DNA of 41,428 nucleotides from Candidatus Zambryskibacteria bacterium RIFCSPHIGHO2_01_FULL_43_25. GTDB lineage: Bacteria > Patescibacteriota > Minisyncoccia > Phycocordibacterales > Zambryskibacteraceae. The first letter of the stretch is position 1; every line of letters starts with the position of its first letter. The DNA is taken from NCBI GenBank assembly GCA_001823695.1, contig MHVD01000004.1:1-41428 (forward strand), written 5' to 3'. The notes beneath the pieces were generated by a model, which worked only from the letters and a program-made list of their open reading frames with translations, made no database searches and was not told the DNA's origin. The position numbers were made by a program, and so were the translations under genes. This document shows, in pieces, positions 1-9,141 of the stretch.

Positions 1-82
1 ATTCTTTTTTACCCCCAAAATTGAATACAAATTAGTCGCCGAGCGAAGCGAGGCGAACCAAAACTCTTTGACTTTTCCTACG

Positions 83-168
83 TGGTGCACAGGGAGGGAT
101 TCGAACCCCCGTAGCCCAATGGGCGATGGATTTACAGTCCACTGCGATTGACCACTCCGCCACCTGTG
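83..168 (-). tRNA. tRNA-Tyr (anticodon GTA), long variable arm, CCA encoded
   Basis: The reverse complement folds as a cloverleaf: acceptor GCACAGG/CCTGTGC, anticodon loop CTGTAAA, long variable arm, T-arm GGGGGTTCGAATCCCTC, 3' ACCA. Seen directly in sequence. Confidence 0.85.
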
Positions 169-214
169 CTTCTAACACAAAGCACATTTTACTGTGCTTT
201 ATACCTTTTGCAAA

Positions 215-2923
215 TTAGTTTTTGTTGACTTTCTTTTTGGACTCGTCAATCATGCTCGCCGCCCAGAGACTGCCCTTCCTTCCCTTTTTCACTTCAAAAC
301 TCAATTCTTCGCCTTTTATTCCGACACTTACCGTGCCCCCCTTGCTGACTTGTTTGCTCAACATAATAGTAGCGACCGAATTTAAAATTTTACTCTGAAT
401 CAGACGCTTCAGAGGTCTGGCGCCGTATTGCGGGTTGTAACCTTCCTTCGCCAGATATTCCACAACACCGGGAGTCAGTTCCAAATCTATTTCTTTCTGC
501 ATAAGTCTTTCCTTCACCAAGCCGATTTGGATTTTGACGATTTCACGGACAGCTTCAGGCGACAGTACGTTGAAGAGAACTATTTCATCAAGACGATTCA
601 GAAACTCCGGATTGAAATGATCTTTCACGCTCTCCATAACCTTGTTTTTGACCTCGCCATAATTGAACTCATCCCTTTCATCCGCGCTGGCAAAACCCAG
701 TCTCTGCATTTTTTCTATGTACTTGGCGCCGATATTTGAAGTCAGAATGATTATCGTGTTTTTGAAATTAACCGTTCTGCTTTTTGCATCGGTAAGCCGA
801 CCATTATCAAGAACTTGAAGCAGGATATTGAACACTTCCGGATGAGCCTTTTCAATTTCATCAAACAAAACCACGGCATAGGGCCTATGGCGGACAAGTT
901 CGGTAAGATGGCCGCCTTCGTCATAGCCGACATATCCCGGAGGTGAGCCGATTATCTTTGAGACGGAATGTTTCTCCATAAACTCGGACATATCTATTCG
1001 GATTAGCGCTTTTTCGTCGTCAAACATAAATTCGGCCAGAGCTTTGGTCAGCTCTGTCTTGCCCACTCCAGTAGGACCCAAGAAAAGGAACGAGCCGATG
1101 GGTCTTCCGGGGTCGGCAATACCGGCTCTGGAACGCTTCACGGTGTCGGCAACTTTGCCCACCGCTTCGTCCTGGCCGATAATCCTTCGGGTAAGAAACT
1201 CCTCCATTCTAGAGAGTTTTTCCGCCTCTTCTTCAAGCATTCTGGTAACCGGAATACCCGTCCAACGAGAGACGATGTCCGCGACATCAGCTTCGGTGAT
1301 TTCTTCTTTAAGAATTCTTCGCGAACTTTGAAGACGCTTCAGCCGCCTTGATCTGGACTCAAGCTCTCTTTCCAATTCGGGAATTTTCCCATAACGGATT
1401 TCCGCCGCCAGAGAAAGGTCAGTTCGCGCTTCTGCCGATTCCGCTTCCAAACGCAAGCCTTCCAGCTCTTTTTTTATTCGCTTAATATCATTGACCGTTT
1501 CTTTTTCATTCTTCCATTTCAATTCAATCTCCGATGTTTTTTCTTTCAAATCGGCTATTTCCTTTTCTATTTCTTTCACACGCTGTTTTGATTTCGCATC
1601 CTTTGAACTGGAATTCAATTCTCTTTTCAGGGCCTCCTTCTCAATCTCTAGTTTCATTATCTTGGAATGGGTTTCTTCAAGGACCGGGGGCATATTCTCA
1701 AGAGAAATCTTGAGATGCGATGCCGCTTCGTCTATCAGGTCAACCGCCTTGTCCGGCAAAAATCTGTCGGTTATATAACGGCTGGAAAAACTTACCGCCG
1801 CCCTTATAGCTTCATCGGTAATTCTCACCCCGTGGTAAAGCTCGTATTTCTCTTTGAGGCCGCGCAAAATACTTACAGTATCGTCAATCGACGGTTCACT
1901 CACATAGACGGGCTGAAATCTTCTGGAAAGAGCAGGATCTTTCTCTATGTGCTTCTGATATTCTTTCAGAGTCGTGGCGCCGATTGCCCGAAGTTCGCCG
2001 CGGGCGAGAGCCGGCTTCAGCATATTAGAAGCATCCACGGACCCTTCGGCCGCTCCAGCGCCGACGATTGTGTGAATCTCGTCTATAAAGAGAGTGATCT
2101 TGCCTTCCGACCGCTCAATTTCTTTCAGAATATTTTTCAGGCGTTCTTCGAATTCGCCTCGGTATTTGGTTCCCGCAATAAGAAGACCCAAGTCAAGAGA
2201 AACAAGCTCCTTATCGCGAAGAGATTCCGGAACATTGCCGGCGGTCATTCTTGCAGCCAAACCCTCAACTATCGCCGTTTTTCCGACACCTGCTTCACCT
2301 ATAAGGATCGGATTATTTTTTGTCCTGCGTGAAAGTATCTGAATTATCCTGGAAATCTCGTTGTCGCGGCCGATGACAGGGTCAAGTTTGTTCTGGCTGG
2401 CAAGTTTGGTTAGACTTCTTGTGTATTTCAGAATTGATTTGAACTTCTTGGGTTCTTTCACCCCGACCTCCTTCGTGGTCTTCAATTCTTCCAAAACCCT
2501 GACAACGCTGTCTTTTTCAATCTTAAAACGAGTTAGAAGCTCCCTTGCCTGACCCGGGGCGTCAATAGTAGCAATAAACAGATGCTCGGTTGAAACGAAT
2601 TCATCACCCAGATTGCGAGCGATTTTTACACTGTTTTCAATAATGTGAGCAAGCTCGGGAGTAATGTATATCTGATACGACGGAGCAGCAACCGACGAGC
2701 CGTCCGGAGATTCAATCACCTCAAGCAAAGAGTCGGTAAGAAGAATTATGTCGGTGTCGAGCTTGTCCAAAATGGAAGTGACCATGCTTTCCTCCTGCAA
2801 AATCAAAGCGGCCAGCATATGCATAGGACTTACGTGGTTTTGCCCGCGCTCAATAGCAAGCTCATGGGCTCTTTTTATGGCTTCTTTTGCTTTTGTCGTA
2901 AATTGGTTAAATGATGGCGGCAT
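215..2923 (-). CDS. clpB: ClpB disaggregase chaperone (AAA+, two NBDs plus long coiled-coil M-domain)
   Basis: 902-aa ORF with N-domain, Walker A GEAGVGKT and GPTGVGKT, a middle coiled-coil insertion typical of ClpB, and a C-terminal D2 small domain. Confidence 0.93.
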   Translation of the reverse strand: MPPSFNQFTTKAKEAIKRAHELAIERGQNHVSPMHMLAALILQEESMVTSILDKLDTDIILLTDSLLEVIESPDGSSVAAPSYQIYITPELAHIIENSVKIARNLGDEFVSTEHLFIATIDAPGQARELLTRFKIEKDSVVRVLEELKTTKEVGVKEPKKFKSILKYTRSLTKLASQNKLDPVIGRDNEISRIIQILSRRTKNNPILIGEAGVGKTAIVEGLAARMTAGNVPESLRDKELVSLDLGLLIAGTKYRGEFEERLKNILKEIERSEGKITLFIDEIHTIVGAGAAEGSVDASNMLKPALARGELRAIGATTLKEYQKHIEKDPALSRRFQPVYVSEPSIDDTVSILRGLKEKYELYHGVRITDEAIRAAVSFSSRYITDRFLPDKAVDLIDEAASHLKISLENMPPVLEETHSKIMKLEIEKEALKRELNSSSKDAKSKQRVKEIEKEIADLKEKTSEIELKWKNEKETVNDIKRIKKELEGLRLEAESAEARTDLSLAAEIRYGKIPELERELESRSRRLKRLQSSRRILKEEITEADVADIVSRWTGIPVTRMLEEEAEKLSRMEEFLTRRIIGQDEAVGKVADTVKRSRAGIADPGRPIGSFLFLGPTGVGKTELTKALAEFMFDDEKALIRIDMSEFMEKHSVSKIIGSPPGYVGYDEGGHLTELVRHRPYAVVLFDEIEKAHPEVFNILLQVLDNGRLTDAKSRTVNFKNTIIILTSNIGAKYIEKMQRLGFASADERDEFNYGEVKNKVMESVKDHFNPEFLNRLDEIVLFNVLSPEAVREIVKIQIGLVKERLMQKEIDLELTPGVVEYLAKEGYNPQYGARPLKRLIQSKILNSVATIMLSKQVSKGGTVSVGIKGEELSFEVKKGRKGSLWAASMIDESKKKVNKN

Positions 2924-2987
2924 ATTCTTTATTAAATATGATACAACGTCAAACTATTATTGTCAAAAGAGAATCCCGAATTTCCTA

Positions 2988-3797
2988 TCAAATAGAATGA
3001 CGGGACATGGCCTGTTTTATTGCCCACACCGAGGCAAAGGCGTTGGAATTCGGTTCAGATTTTGATATATGAATACCGATGACATCGCCGGAGAGGTTTA
3101 TGAGCGGACCGCCAAAGGTCGGTGCTTTGGCCACAGTATCAGTTTCAATCACCACTGCAAAGTCCTTGCCGTCTACATCTTTTGAAGACAAGCCAATAAC
3201 TCTGCCCACTCCGACAATGTTTCTGCTATCACCTTCGATAGACACCACAGATTGACCCAGCTGTGGAGCAACCTGGGAAAGAATGGCTGGTTCGGCCGGC
3301 AAAACTAGCCCGGTCGGTTTGACAGTTTGGAAAAACGCCAAATTGCTCTCATCATCATAAGCCAAAATCCTTAAGTCAAAGGAAGTTCCTTCAGAAAAAT
3401 TCGTACGAAAAGTCCCTTCGGTGTTCAGGCCGTCTTGCCTGTTTGTAACAATAAGACCCTCTTTAGAAATTAACACGCCAAGCGAGGTCGTGGTTAGTCC
3501 AGTAGTTGGATCATTGGCTATTACACGTACGATACTTTCGCCATTTTTGGCTATGGCATCTATAACTCTGTCTTCTTCCTTAACTACCACCGTAACCTCC
3601 TTGACTTCGCCGCTACCCGCCCCCTCTTCCGGTACAACTTTCTCAACTGTTTTCTCAACAACTCTATTGATTGTTTGGGTAATTTCAGCCGGCACTTCCT
3701 GCAGGAGAGATACGGTTATTATCCCCGTGGCGATTGAGGTCACAAAGCTAATCAAAAGAGTCAGCAGTACGAGTTGTGTTTTATTTAAATCTTCCAT
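2988..3797 (-). CDS. membrane-anchored trypsin-like serine protease (HtrA/S1C-like, no PDZ domain)
   Basis: N-terminal TM helix. GDSGGP catalytic serine motif near the C-terminus. 269 aa. Confidence 0.7.
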   Translation of the reverse strand: MEDLNKTQLVLLTLLISFVTSIATGIITVSLLQEVPAEITQTINRVVEKTVEKVVPEEGAGSGEVKEVTVVVKEEDRVIDAIAKNGESIVRVIANDPTTGLTTTSLGVLISKEGLIVTNRQDGLNTEGTFRTNFSEGTSFDLRILAYDDESNLAFFQTVKPTGLVLPAEPAILSQVAPQLGQSVVSIEGDSRNIVGVGRVIGLSSKDVDGKDFAVVIETDTVAKAPTFGGPLINLSGDVIGIHISKSEPNSNAFASVWAIKQAMSRHSI

Positions 3798-3867
3798 CCC
3801 GTTAGAGATTAATTCTAATCTAGCTAAATAATAGAAGAAAAACTTCGTTAAATCAAGAAAAGAATAG

Positions 3868-5010
3868 TTAAATTATTTTCTTAAGAGCCACTACCAAAAA
3901 GTCAATGTCGCTCTTTCCAGTAGACCGACCAAATGAAAACCTCAACGAAGATTTTGCGCAATTGGCTCTGCCCAATGCCGACACCACATAAGACATAGAA
4001 TTTTCATTAAGATTTCTGCAAGAACTTCCAGACGAGCACATTATGCCCGCTTTATTGAGTTTTATAACAGCAAACTCGGCATCAATACCGGTAAAACAAA
4101 TATTGACGTTGTTCGGCAGACGATTCTTCACAGGACCATTCAACTTGGCTTTTGGGAAATTCTTCAATATCTCACTGATACAGTAATCTCTTAGAGCAGT
4201 CAACCTTTTCGACTCCTTGACACGCAGGTTTGAGGTTTCTACCAAGGCCTCGGCCATTCCGACGATTCCAGCAACATTTTCAGTACCGGAGCGAATGCCT
4301 CCCTCCTGCCCGCCTCCAACTATAATCGGTTCAACTTCCATCCCCCTTTTTATATACAAAATTCCCACGCCTTTCGGCCCATATATTTTCGAAGCATCCA
4401 GACTCAAGAGACTGACACCGAGCTGATTTACATTAACCGGACAATAATTTACAGATTGGCCGCTGTCGGTGTGGAAGTACGGAAAGTTACTGTCGGTTGT
4501 CTTGGAGCTGCGAAACTCTCTGATTATTCGTCCGATTTCTTTTATCGGTTGGATGGAGCCGATTTCATTATTCGCTTGCATTATGGAAACCAAAAAGGTT
4601 GACTGCTTTAACGCCGCCTTGACATCAGACGGAGAGACGACACCATCCGAATTGACTTTAAGCATAGTCACTTCTCCACCAGAATCGCGTACGACTCTGG
4701 CGGATTCCAAAACCGCCGGATGTTCAATTGAGGAAACAATTAGATGCGGCTTGTTTATATTCCCCTTCACTTTGCCGAAAAGACCAATAATGGCGAGATT
4801 TATGGATTCTGTACCGCTTCCGGTAAAGACTACTTCATCGGCGCGTGAGCCAAGCATCCGAGCCACGGACCTTCTGCTGTTTTCAACAAAAGAACGAGCC
4901 AGGGTGCCTTCGGAATAAATAGCAGATGGATTAGCGTAGTTTTTTGAGAAGAATGGTTCCATGGCCGAGAGGACTCGCCTACTCGGCGGAGTGGTAGATG
5001 CATAATCCAT
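3868..5010 (-). CDS. cysteine desulfurase (class V aminotransferase, NifS/IscS type)
   Basis: PLP-lysine motif SLDASKIYGPKG and catalytic loop SSGSSC. Start chosen at MDYAST (5010) because an AGGAGG RBS lies 6 nt upstream. The ORF track extends to 5079. Confidence 0.85.
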   Translation of the reverse strand: MDYASTTPPSRRVLSAMEPFFSKNYANPSAIYSEGTLARSFVENSRRSVARMLGSRADEVVFTGSGTESINLAIIGLFGKVKGNINKPHLIVSSIEHPAVLESARVVRDSGGEVTMLKVNSDGVVSPSDVKAALKQSTFLVSIMQANNEIGSIQPIKEIGRIIREFRSSKTTDSNFPYFHTDSGQSVNYCPVNVNQLGVSLLSLDASKIYGPKGVGILYIKRGMEVEPIIVGGGQEGGIRSGTENVAGIVGMAEALVETSNLRVKESKRLTALRDYCISEILKNFPKAKLNGPVKNRLPNNVNICFTGIDAEFAVIKLNKAGIMCSSGSSCRNLNENSMSYVVSALGRANCAKSSLRFSFGRSTGKSDIDFLVVALKKII

Positions 5011-5066
5011 AAAAATCCTCCTTTTTTTGGTTGCCATCGGTTGAATTCTAACGATATTTCTGTATT

Positions 5067-5095
5067 TTGCAAAAGTCATTATTTTCTTGTAGAAT
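5067..5095 (+). promoter_or_regulatory. sigma70-like promoter (TTGCAA-17 bp-TAGAAT) for the downstream membrane protein gene
   Basis: -35 TTGCAA at 5067-5072, 17-bp spacer, -10 TAGAAT at 5090-5095. It lies in the divergent region between the cysteine desulfurase and the 5124 ORF. Confidence 0.45.
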
Positions 5096-5123
5096 GTGTG
5101 ACTGTTATTCTCCTTTTTTAAAT

Positions 5124-5624
5124 ATGCTTCCCTTTTCCATTCCAGAGCTAAATACAGAGATGGTTCTGTTTGCCCTTATGGCAATTATCATTCTTCTGGT
5201 AATTTGGCTGATTGTTCTGGAAATCAGGTTAAACAGGCTACTTTTGGGCAAAGACGCCAGGAGTCTTGAAAATACAATAACCTGGGTAAGAGACACCCTA
5301 AGCGAAATGCTCAAGTTCAGGGATGAATCCGTCGGCTATTGGAGAAATGTCGAAGCTAGACTGAAGAGAAGCGTCCAGTCTATAGAGACCGTGAGGTTCA
5401 ATCCCTTCAAAGGAACCGGCGACGGCGGCAATCAGAGTTTCTCAACCGCTTTCTTAAACGAGAAAGGTGATGGGGTAGTCATATCGTCACTCCACTCCAG
5501 AGACAGAGTTAGCGTTTTTTCAAAACCGGTCAAAAAGTTTGGTTCCGAATTTGAAATGACCCAGGAAGAAAAAGGGGTTATTGAGCAAGCAAAAGAGTCC
5601 GTATCAATACCGCAAGACAAATAA
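5124..5624 (+). CDS. hypothetical N-terminally TM-anchored protein (possibly DUF4446-like)
   Basis: ORF with an ATG downstream of the predicted promoter. One TM helix (VLFALMAIIILLVIWLIVL) followed by a soluble domain with an FNPFKGTGDGGNQSFS motif. The family assignment is from memory only. Confidence 0.5.
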   Translation: MLPFSIPELNTEMVLFALMAIIILLVIWLIVLEIRLNRLLLGKDARSLENTITWVRDTLSEMLKFRDESVGYWRNVEARLKRSVQSIETVRFNPFKGTGDGGNQSFSTAFLNEKGDGVVISSLHSRDRVSVFSKPVKKFGSEFEMTQEEKGVIEQAKESVSIPQDK

Positions 5625-5638
5625 CACATAAAATAGAA

Positions 5639-7150
5639 ATGAACAAAAAAGTCGAAAAAATTAAGCGACCACCGGTTATTGGGATTTTTGGTCACATTGA
5701 CCACGGCAAATCAACTCTGCTTGACTACATCAGAAAAACAAACATTACCGAACGAGAGGCAGGAGGAATCACTCAGCACATTTCGGCCTATGAATTTGAA
5801 CGGGTAGGCAAAACTGGAGAAAAAAGCAAAATAACTTTTCTGGATACTCCCGGGCACGAAGCGTTTAAGGCCATCAGAAAAAGAGGGGCTAATGTCGCCG
5901 ATATCGGCGTGCTTATAGTTTCCGCCGAGGATGGGGTCAAGCCACAGACAGTTGAAGCTTTGGAATCCATAAGAACCAGCAAGCTGCCGTTCGTGGTCGC
6001 GATAAACAAAACAGACAAACCGGGGGCGGATGTAGAAAAAACAAAACAAGATCTGGCAAAGCATGATGTGTACCTAGAAGGGTACGGAGGCAAGGTGCCT
6101 TGGGTAGCAATCTCGGCAAAGACCGGACAGGGAGTTGACGAACTCCTTGACCTCCTGCTTCTGGCGGCGGACTTGGAAGATTTGTCTGGCGATACGAACA
6201 TTCCTGCGAAAGGAATAATAATAGAGAGCGATATTGATGCGAAGAAAGGAATATCAGTAACAGCAGTAATAAAAAACGGAGTTCTAAAGAAGGGCCAGTG
6301 CGCCGTCTCGGGAAAAAGTATATGTCCCATTCGCATGATTGAAAACTTCCTCGGCAAACCTATAGATTCGGCCACTTTCTCGAGCCCTGTGAGAATTATC
6401 GGCTGGGATTCCACTCCGAGTGTCGGAGCTTCATTTGTCTGTGTCGATTCAAAGAAGGAAGCCCAAGAGGAATCTTCCAGATTCGCCGAGAAGACAGCCG
6501 GGCTTAATGAAAATAAAGACAAGTTGTCCGAAAATAAGAACGAGAAAGTTTCCATACCGATAGTATTGAAAGCAGACACCACCGGCAGTCTTGAGGCCGT
6601 AATGTTTGAAATTGGTAAACTTGAAACTGATGCTGTTACGCCAAAAATAATTCTCTCCGGAGTAGGTCCGATAACCGAAAACGACATAAAAACAGCAACC
6701 GCAAACGGGTCAACTATCGTGCTGGGTTTTAATACAAGTACAGACAGTCGTGCGGAAAATCTGATTGAAAGATCGGGAATTGAGGTATTTATTTTTGACA
6801 TTATATACAAATTGACGGAAAAGTTAGCCAAGATAATCGCTTCAAGAACCCCGGTGATTGAGGTTGAGGAGGTGACAGGATCAGCAAAGATACTAAAAAC
6901 ATTCAGCAAAACAAGAGACAAACAGGTCGTCGGGGGCAGAGTTGAGAGCGGCGACCTATCAGTCGGCAATCAGGTAAAAATCTTTCGCAGAGAATCAGAA
7001 ATCGGCAAGGGGAAGATAAAGGAAATCCAAGTTCAGAAAGTTAAGGCTGGCTCTGTAACCGAAGGGAGTGAATTTGGAATGATGATTGAGTCAAAGACAG
7101 AGATAGCGCCAGGAGATAAGGTGCAATCCTCAAAAATGGTACGACAGTAA
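5639..7150 (+). CDS. infB: translation initiation factor IF-2 (short form lacking the long N-terminal region)
   Basis: G-domain motifs GHIDHGKST, DTPGH and NKTD, followed by IF-2 C-terminal beta-barrel domains. 503 aa. Confidence 0.92.
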   Translation: MNKKVEKIKRPPVIGIFGHIDHGKSTLLDYIRKTNITEREAGGITQHISAYEFERVGKTGEKSKITFLDTPGHEAFKAIRKRGANVADIGVLIVSAEDGVKPQTVEALESIRTSKLPFVVAINKTDKPGADVEKTKQDLAKHDVYLEGYGGKVPWVAISAKTGQGVDELLDLLLLAADLEDLSGDTNIPAKGIIIESDIDAKKGISVTAVIKNGVLKKGQCAVSGKSICPIRMIENFLGKPIDSATFSSPVRIIGWDSTPSVGASFVCVDSKKEAQEESSRFAEKTAGLNENKDKLSENKNEKVSIPIVLKADTTGSLEAVMFEIGKLETDAVTPKIILSGVGPITENDIKTATANGSTIVLGFNTSTDSRAENLIERSGIEVFIFDIIYKLTEKLAKIIASRTPVIEVEEVTGSAKILKTFSKTRDKQVVGGRVESGDLSVGNQVKIFRRESEIGKGKIKEIQVQKVKAGSVTEGSEFGMMIESKTEIAPGDKVQSSKMVRQ

Positions 7151-7152
7151 AC

Positions 7153-7476
7153 ATGCCATACAAAAGGGAGAGATTGGAAGAATTAATAAGAGAGATGGCG
7201 GCCAGATTCCTGGAAGAGGAATCGAGCGGAATTTCCATGATAACAGTAACCCGAGTGGAAACTTCAAAGGATAAAAAGGAAGCAAGGATATTCTTCACTG
7301 TCTTGCCTCAAGAAAAAGAAAAGGCCGCTCTTGATTTCGCCAAAAGAAAGTCTGGATTATGCCGAGATTATATTGTCAAACACACCCGCATAGGGAGACC
7401 GCCGAGAGTAAAATTCTTTATAGACCAAGGAGAGAAAAATAGGCAAAGAATAGATTTTCTTTCACAAAACGATTAG
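7153..7476 (+). CDS. rbfA: ribosome-binding factor A
   Basis: 107 aa with a KH-like RbfA signature (ITVTRVETSKDKKEARIFFTV...IGRPPRVKFFID). Immediately downstream of infB, the canonical gene order. Confidence 0.85.
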   Translation: MPYKRERLEELIREMAARFLEEESSGISMITVTRVETSKDKKEARIFFTVLPQEKEKAALDFAKRKSGLCRDYIVKHTRIGRPPRVKFFIDQGEKNRQRIDFLSQND

Positions 7477-7628
7477 AATCTTTCGGTGTACAGCCACGGC
7501 CGCACACTAACTTGGGCATTAATAGAATTTAAAAAAAATATATTTAACCGCTTGCTCCGCTCTCTTCTCATTGTTAAATTAGGTTATACTAACAACAGCA
7601 TGGGCTAAACAATGCCAAAGTTAGTGCA

Positions 7629-7644
7629 CGGCCACGTAGCCAAG
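7629..7644 (+). repeat. partial copy (16 nt) of the 5' end of the tRNA-Cys gene
   Basis: GGCCACGTAGCCAAGT is identical to positions 1-16 of the tRNA-Cys at 8042. Confidence 0.6.
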
Positions 7645-7723
7645 TCCCGCCGATAGTCGGACAAGATTCAGGCAGTGTCCCCATTTAGATAAAGTTTTTT
7701 GTAGAATACAAATAGTTTCATAC

Positions 7724-7756
7724 GGCCACGTAGCCAAGTAGTAAGGCAGGAGTCTG
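7724..7756 (+). repeat. partial copy (33 nt) of the tRNA-Cys 5' half, ending in the anticodon loop
   Basis: GGCCACGTAGCCAAGTAGTAAGGCAGGAGTCTG is identical to tRNA-Cys positions 1-33, then diverges. Confidence 0.7.
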
Positions 7757-7797
7757 TTTCGCTACGCGAGATCTGGCGTAGCCATGACAAAACTTCA

Positions 7798-8039
7798 ATG
7801 TATTTCGTATATATCTTGCTAAGTATTAAAACAAAGATATTTATATTGGCTCAACTCAAGATGTTGAAAACAGATTAAAACTTCATAATCAAGGAAAAGT
7901 ACGTTCTACGAAAGCATACAGGCCTTGGAAATTAATCACGACAGAATCGTTTATAACCCGGGGCGAAGCGGTAAGAAAAGAAAGATTCTTGAAAAATCAT
8001 CAACAAAAAGAGATACTAGGATACAGATTTGATATTTAA
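7798..8039 (+). pseudogene. small GIY-YIG nuclease-family gene (about 80 aa), interrupted by a 1-nt frameshift
   Basis: The frame from ATG 7798 encodes MYFVYILLSIKTK. A second frame from about 7836 encodes DIYIGSTQDVENRLKLHNQGKVRSTKAYRPWKLITTESFITRGEAVRKERFLKNHQQ, stop at 8037-8039. Together these form a GIY-YIG core (YVYIL...YIGST...R...E). Seen directly; the frameshift could instead be a sequencing error. Confidence 0.6.
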
Positions 8040-8041
8040 CC

Positions 8042-8113
8042 GGCCACGTAGCCAAGTAGTAAGGCAGGAGTCTGCAAAACTCCTATACGCGGGTGCGATT
8101 CCCGCCGTGGCCT
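8042..8113 (+). tRNA. tRNA-Cys (anticodon GCA)
   Basis: Cloverleaf: acceptor GGCCACG/CGTGGCC, 3-bp D-stem, anticodon loop CTGCAAA, T-arm GCGGGTGCGATTCCCGC, discriminator T. CCA is not encoded. Confidence 0.85.
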
Positions 8114-8246
8114 CCCTAAAACATTTATGGAGTAAATGTTCGGGCGAACATTTGCGAAGCAAAGTGTTTTAGCCAGGCCTAGGAGCAAACAAGCTGCTTT
8201 GTTTGCATCGGGAATTGCAGATTTGTTAAATTTGCCGTTAGAAGCC

Positions 8247-8328
8247 GGGCCAGTGGCGGAATGGTATACGCGCAACACTTAAAATGTTGTCCGCTATGCG
8301 GATGAGGGTCCGACTCCCTCCTGGCCCA
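8247..8328 (+). tRNA. tRNA-Leu (anticodon TAA), class II with long variable arm
   Basis: Acceptor GGGCCAG/CTGGCCC, anticodon stem-loop CAACA-CTTAAAA-TGTTG, long variable arm, T-arm GAGGGTCCGACTCCCTC. Confidence 0.8.
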
Positions 8329-8358
8329 CTTAGTACAAGATTATAATTTTGGTCAACC

Positions 8359-8400
8359 AATAAACATACTAACAAACTTGAGTTTGTTAGTATGTTTATT
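8359..8400 (+). promoter_or_regulatory. 42-bp perfect palindrome (20+TG+20) overlapping the promoter of the ArsR-like gene; candidate operator or terminal inverted repeat
   Basis: AATAAACATACTAACAAACT-TG-AGTTTGTTAGTATGTTTATT; the arms are exact reverse complements. It ends 5-14 nt before the gene's ATG codons. Confidence 0.7.
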
Positions 8401-8414
8401 GTAGGATGTTAAAT

Positions 8415-8699
8415 ATGACAAAAGTTAAAACCCCAAAGCAAATGGAACGCCACCTTAAGGGTATAGCCAACCATTACAGAATTGAAATATTACTCATAAT
8501 CTCAAGAAAAAAATCTATGACTTTGGAGGAAATCGTTGATGAAATTAAAGCTAATGAAAAAACACTGGGCGCGCACACGAGAAGTCTCCACCATGCAGGG
8601 CTTATTAACAAAAAATACCAAGGAAGATTCGTAAATCACTCCCTCTCTCCATATGGCAAGAAATTTGTTAATTTCTTGAAATCATTTCAACATGGATAA
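8415..8699 (+). CDS. ArsR/SmtB-family winged-helix transcriptional regulator (small, orphan)
   Basis: ANHYRIEILLIIS...LEEIVDEI...HTRSLHHAGLI matches the ArsR HTH pattern (compare LADPTRLRILELL...SHHLKVLREAGLV). The start could also be the ATG at 8406. Confidence 0.75.
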   Translation: MTKVKTPKQMERHLKGIANHYRIEILLIISRKKSMTLEEIVDEIKANEKTLGAHTRSLHHAGLINKKYQGRFVNHSLSPYGKKFVNFLKSFQHG

Positions 8700-8738
8700 C
8701 AACATACTCACAAACTCAAGTTTGTTAGTGTGATGTAA
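8700..8738 (+). repeat. second, imperfect copy of the ArsR-flanking palindrome, in inverted orientation (centre CA)
   Basis: ACATACTCACAAACT-CA-AGTTTGTTAGTGTGATGT begins 1 nt after the stop codon. It approximates the reverse complement of the upstream copy with 3 mismatches. Confidence 0.65.
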
Positions 8739-8872
8739 TTATGTTGTAGTGGATCGTGTCTTGTCGTCACAAATAAATTTGCTGACGTAAATTTTTCGCG
8801 ACCCTGGCTCGTGGTTTTTGCCTTTACTTCGCAAAACAAAAACATTGCTGTGCCTCGGACAAAAGCACAAAA

Positions 8873-8903
8873 TCCTGCGCAAGCAGGATTATTGTGTCTT
8901 TTG
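8873..8903 (-). terminator. hairpin terminator (AATCCTGC-GCAA-GCAGGATT plus T-rich tail) downstream of tRNA-Lys; may also terminate the ArsR gene on the + strand
   Basis: Perfect 8-bp stem with a GCAA loop, followed by TTGTGTCTTTTGTCC. Confidence 0.5.
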
Positions 8904-8977
8904 TCCGCCCAGTAGGATTTGAACCTACGACCGTTCGCTTAAGAGGCGACTGCTCTACCGGCCTGAGCTATGGGCGG
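8904..8977 (-). tRNA. tRNA-Lys (anticodon CTT)
   Basis: The reverse complement folds: acceptor CCGCCCA/TGGGCGG, D-arm GCTC-AGGCCGGTA-GAGC, anticodon loop CTCTTAA, T-arm GTAGGTTCAAATCCTAC, discriminator A. There is one G.A mismatch at the base of the anticodon stem. Confidence 0.7.
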
Positions 8978-9048
8978 ATTTTTACGTTCCAAATATACCA
9001 AATTAGTAGCCACAAACAAAGCCAGAAAATACATCAACGATTTATCTA

Positions 9049-9077
9049 TTGACTATTTCTTATTGATGTGCTAGTAT
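9049..9077 (+). promoter_or_regulatory. sigma70-like promoter (TTGACT-17-TAGTAT) upstream of the Nudix gene
   Basis: -35 TTGACT at 9049-9054 and -10 TAGTAT at 9072-9077. Two small hairpins lie in the 5' UTR. Confidence 0.45.
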
Positions 9078-9141
9078 ATACAAGCTACCACTAATTGGCG
9101 GTAGTTCCCTACTGCGGGCAAAGCGGAGTTCTTTAAGAGAG

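Noticed and set aside
428-2552. Several 60-220-aa ORFs (for example 1667-2332, 1044-1331, 2094-2342) on the + strand inside clpB
   Set aside because: They lie antisense to a well-supported 902-aa ClpB gene. Their low-complexity, stop-poor frames are typical of spurious shadow ORFs.
5788-6969. 393-aa ORF antisense to infB
   Set aside because: Serine/Leu-rich translation with no motifs. It fully overlaps the IF-2 G-domain coding region, so it is a shadow ORF.
7757-8041. A group I intron with an embedded GIY-YIG homing endonuclease interrupting tRNA-Cys after G34
   Set aside because: The sequence after the GIY-YIG ORF is a complete tRNA-Cys including its own 5' half, not just a 3' exon. Partial 5' duplication by integration fits better. 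An ancestral intron origin cannot be excluded.
8036-8278. 80-aa minus-strand ORF
   Set aside because: It overlaps the tRNA-Cys and tRNA-Leu genes, which have clear cloverleaf structures.
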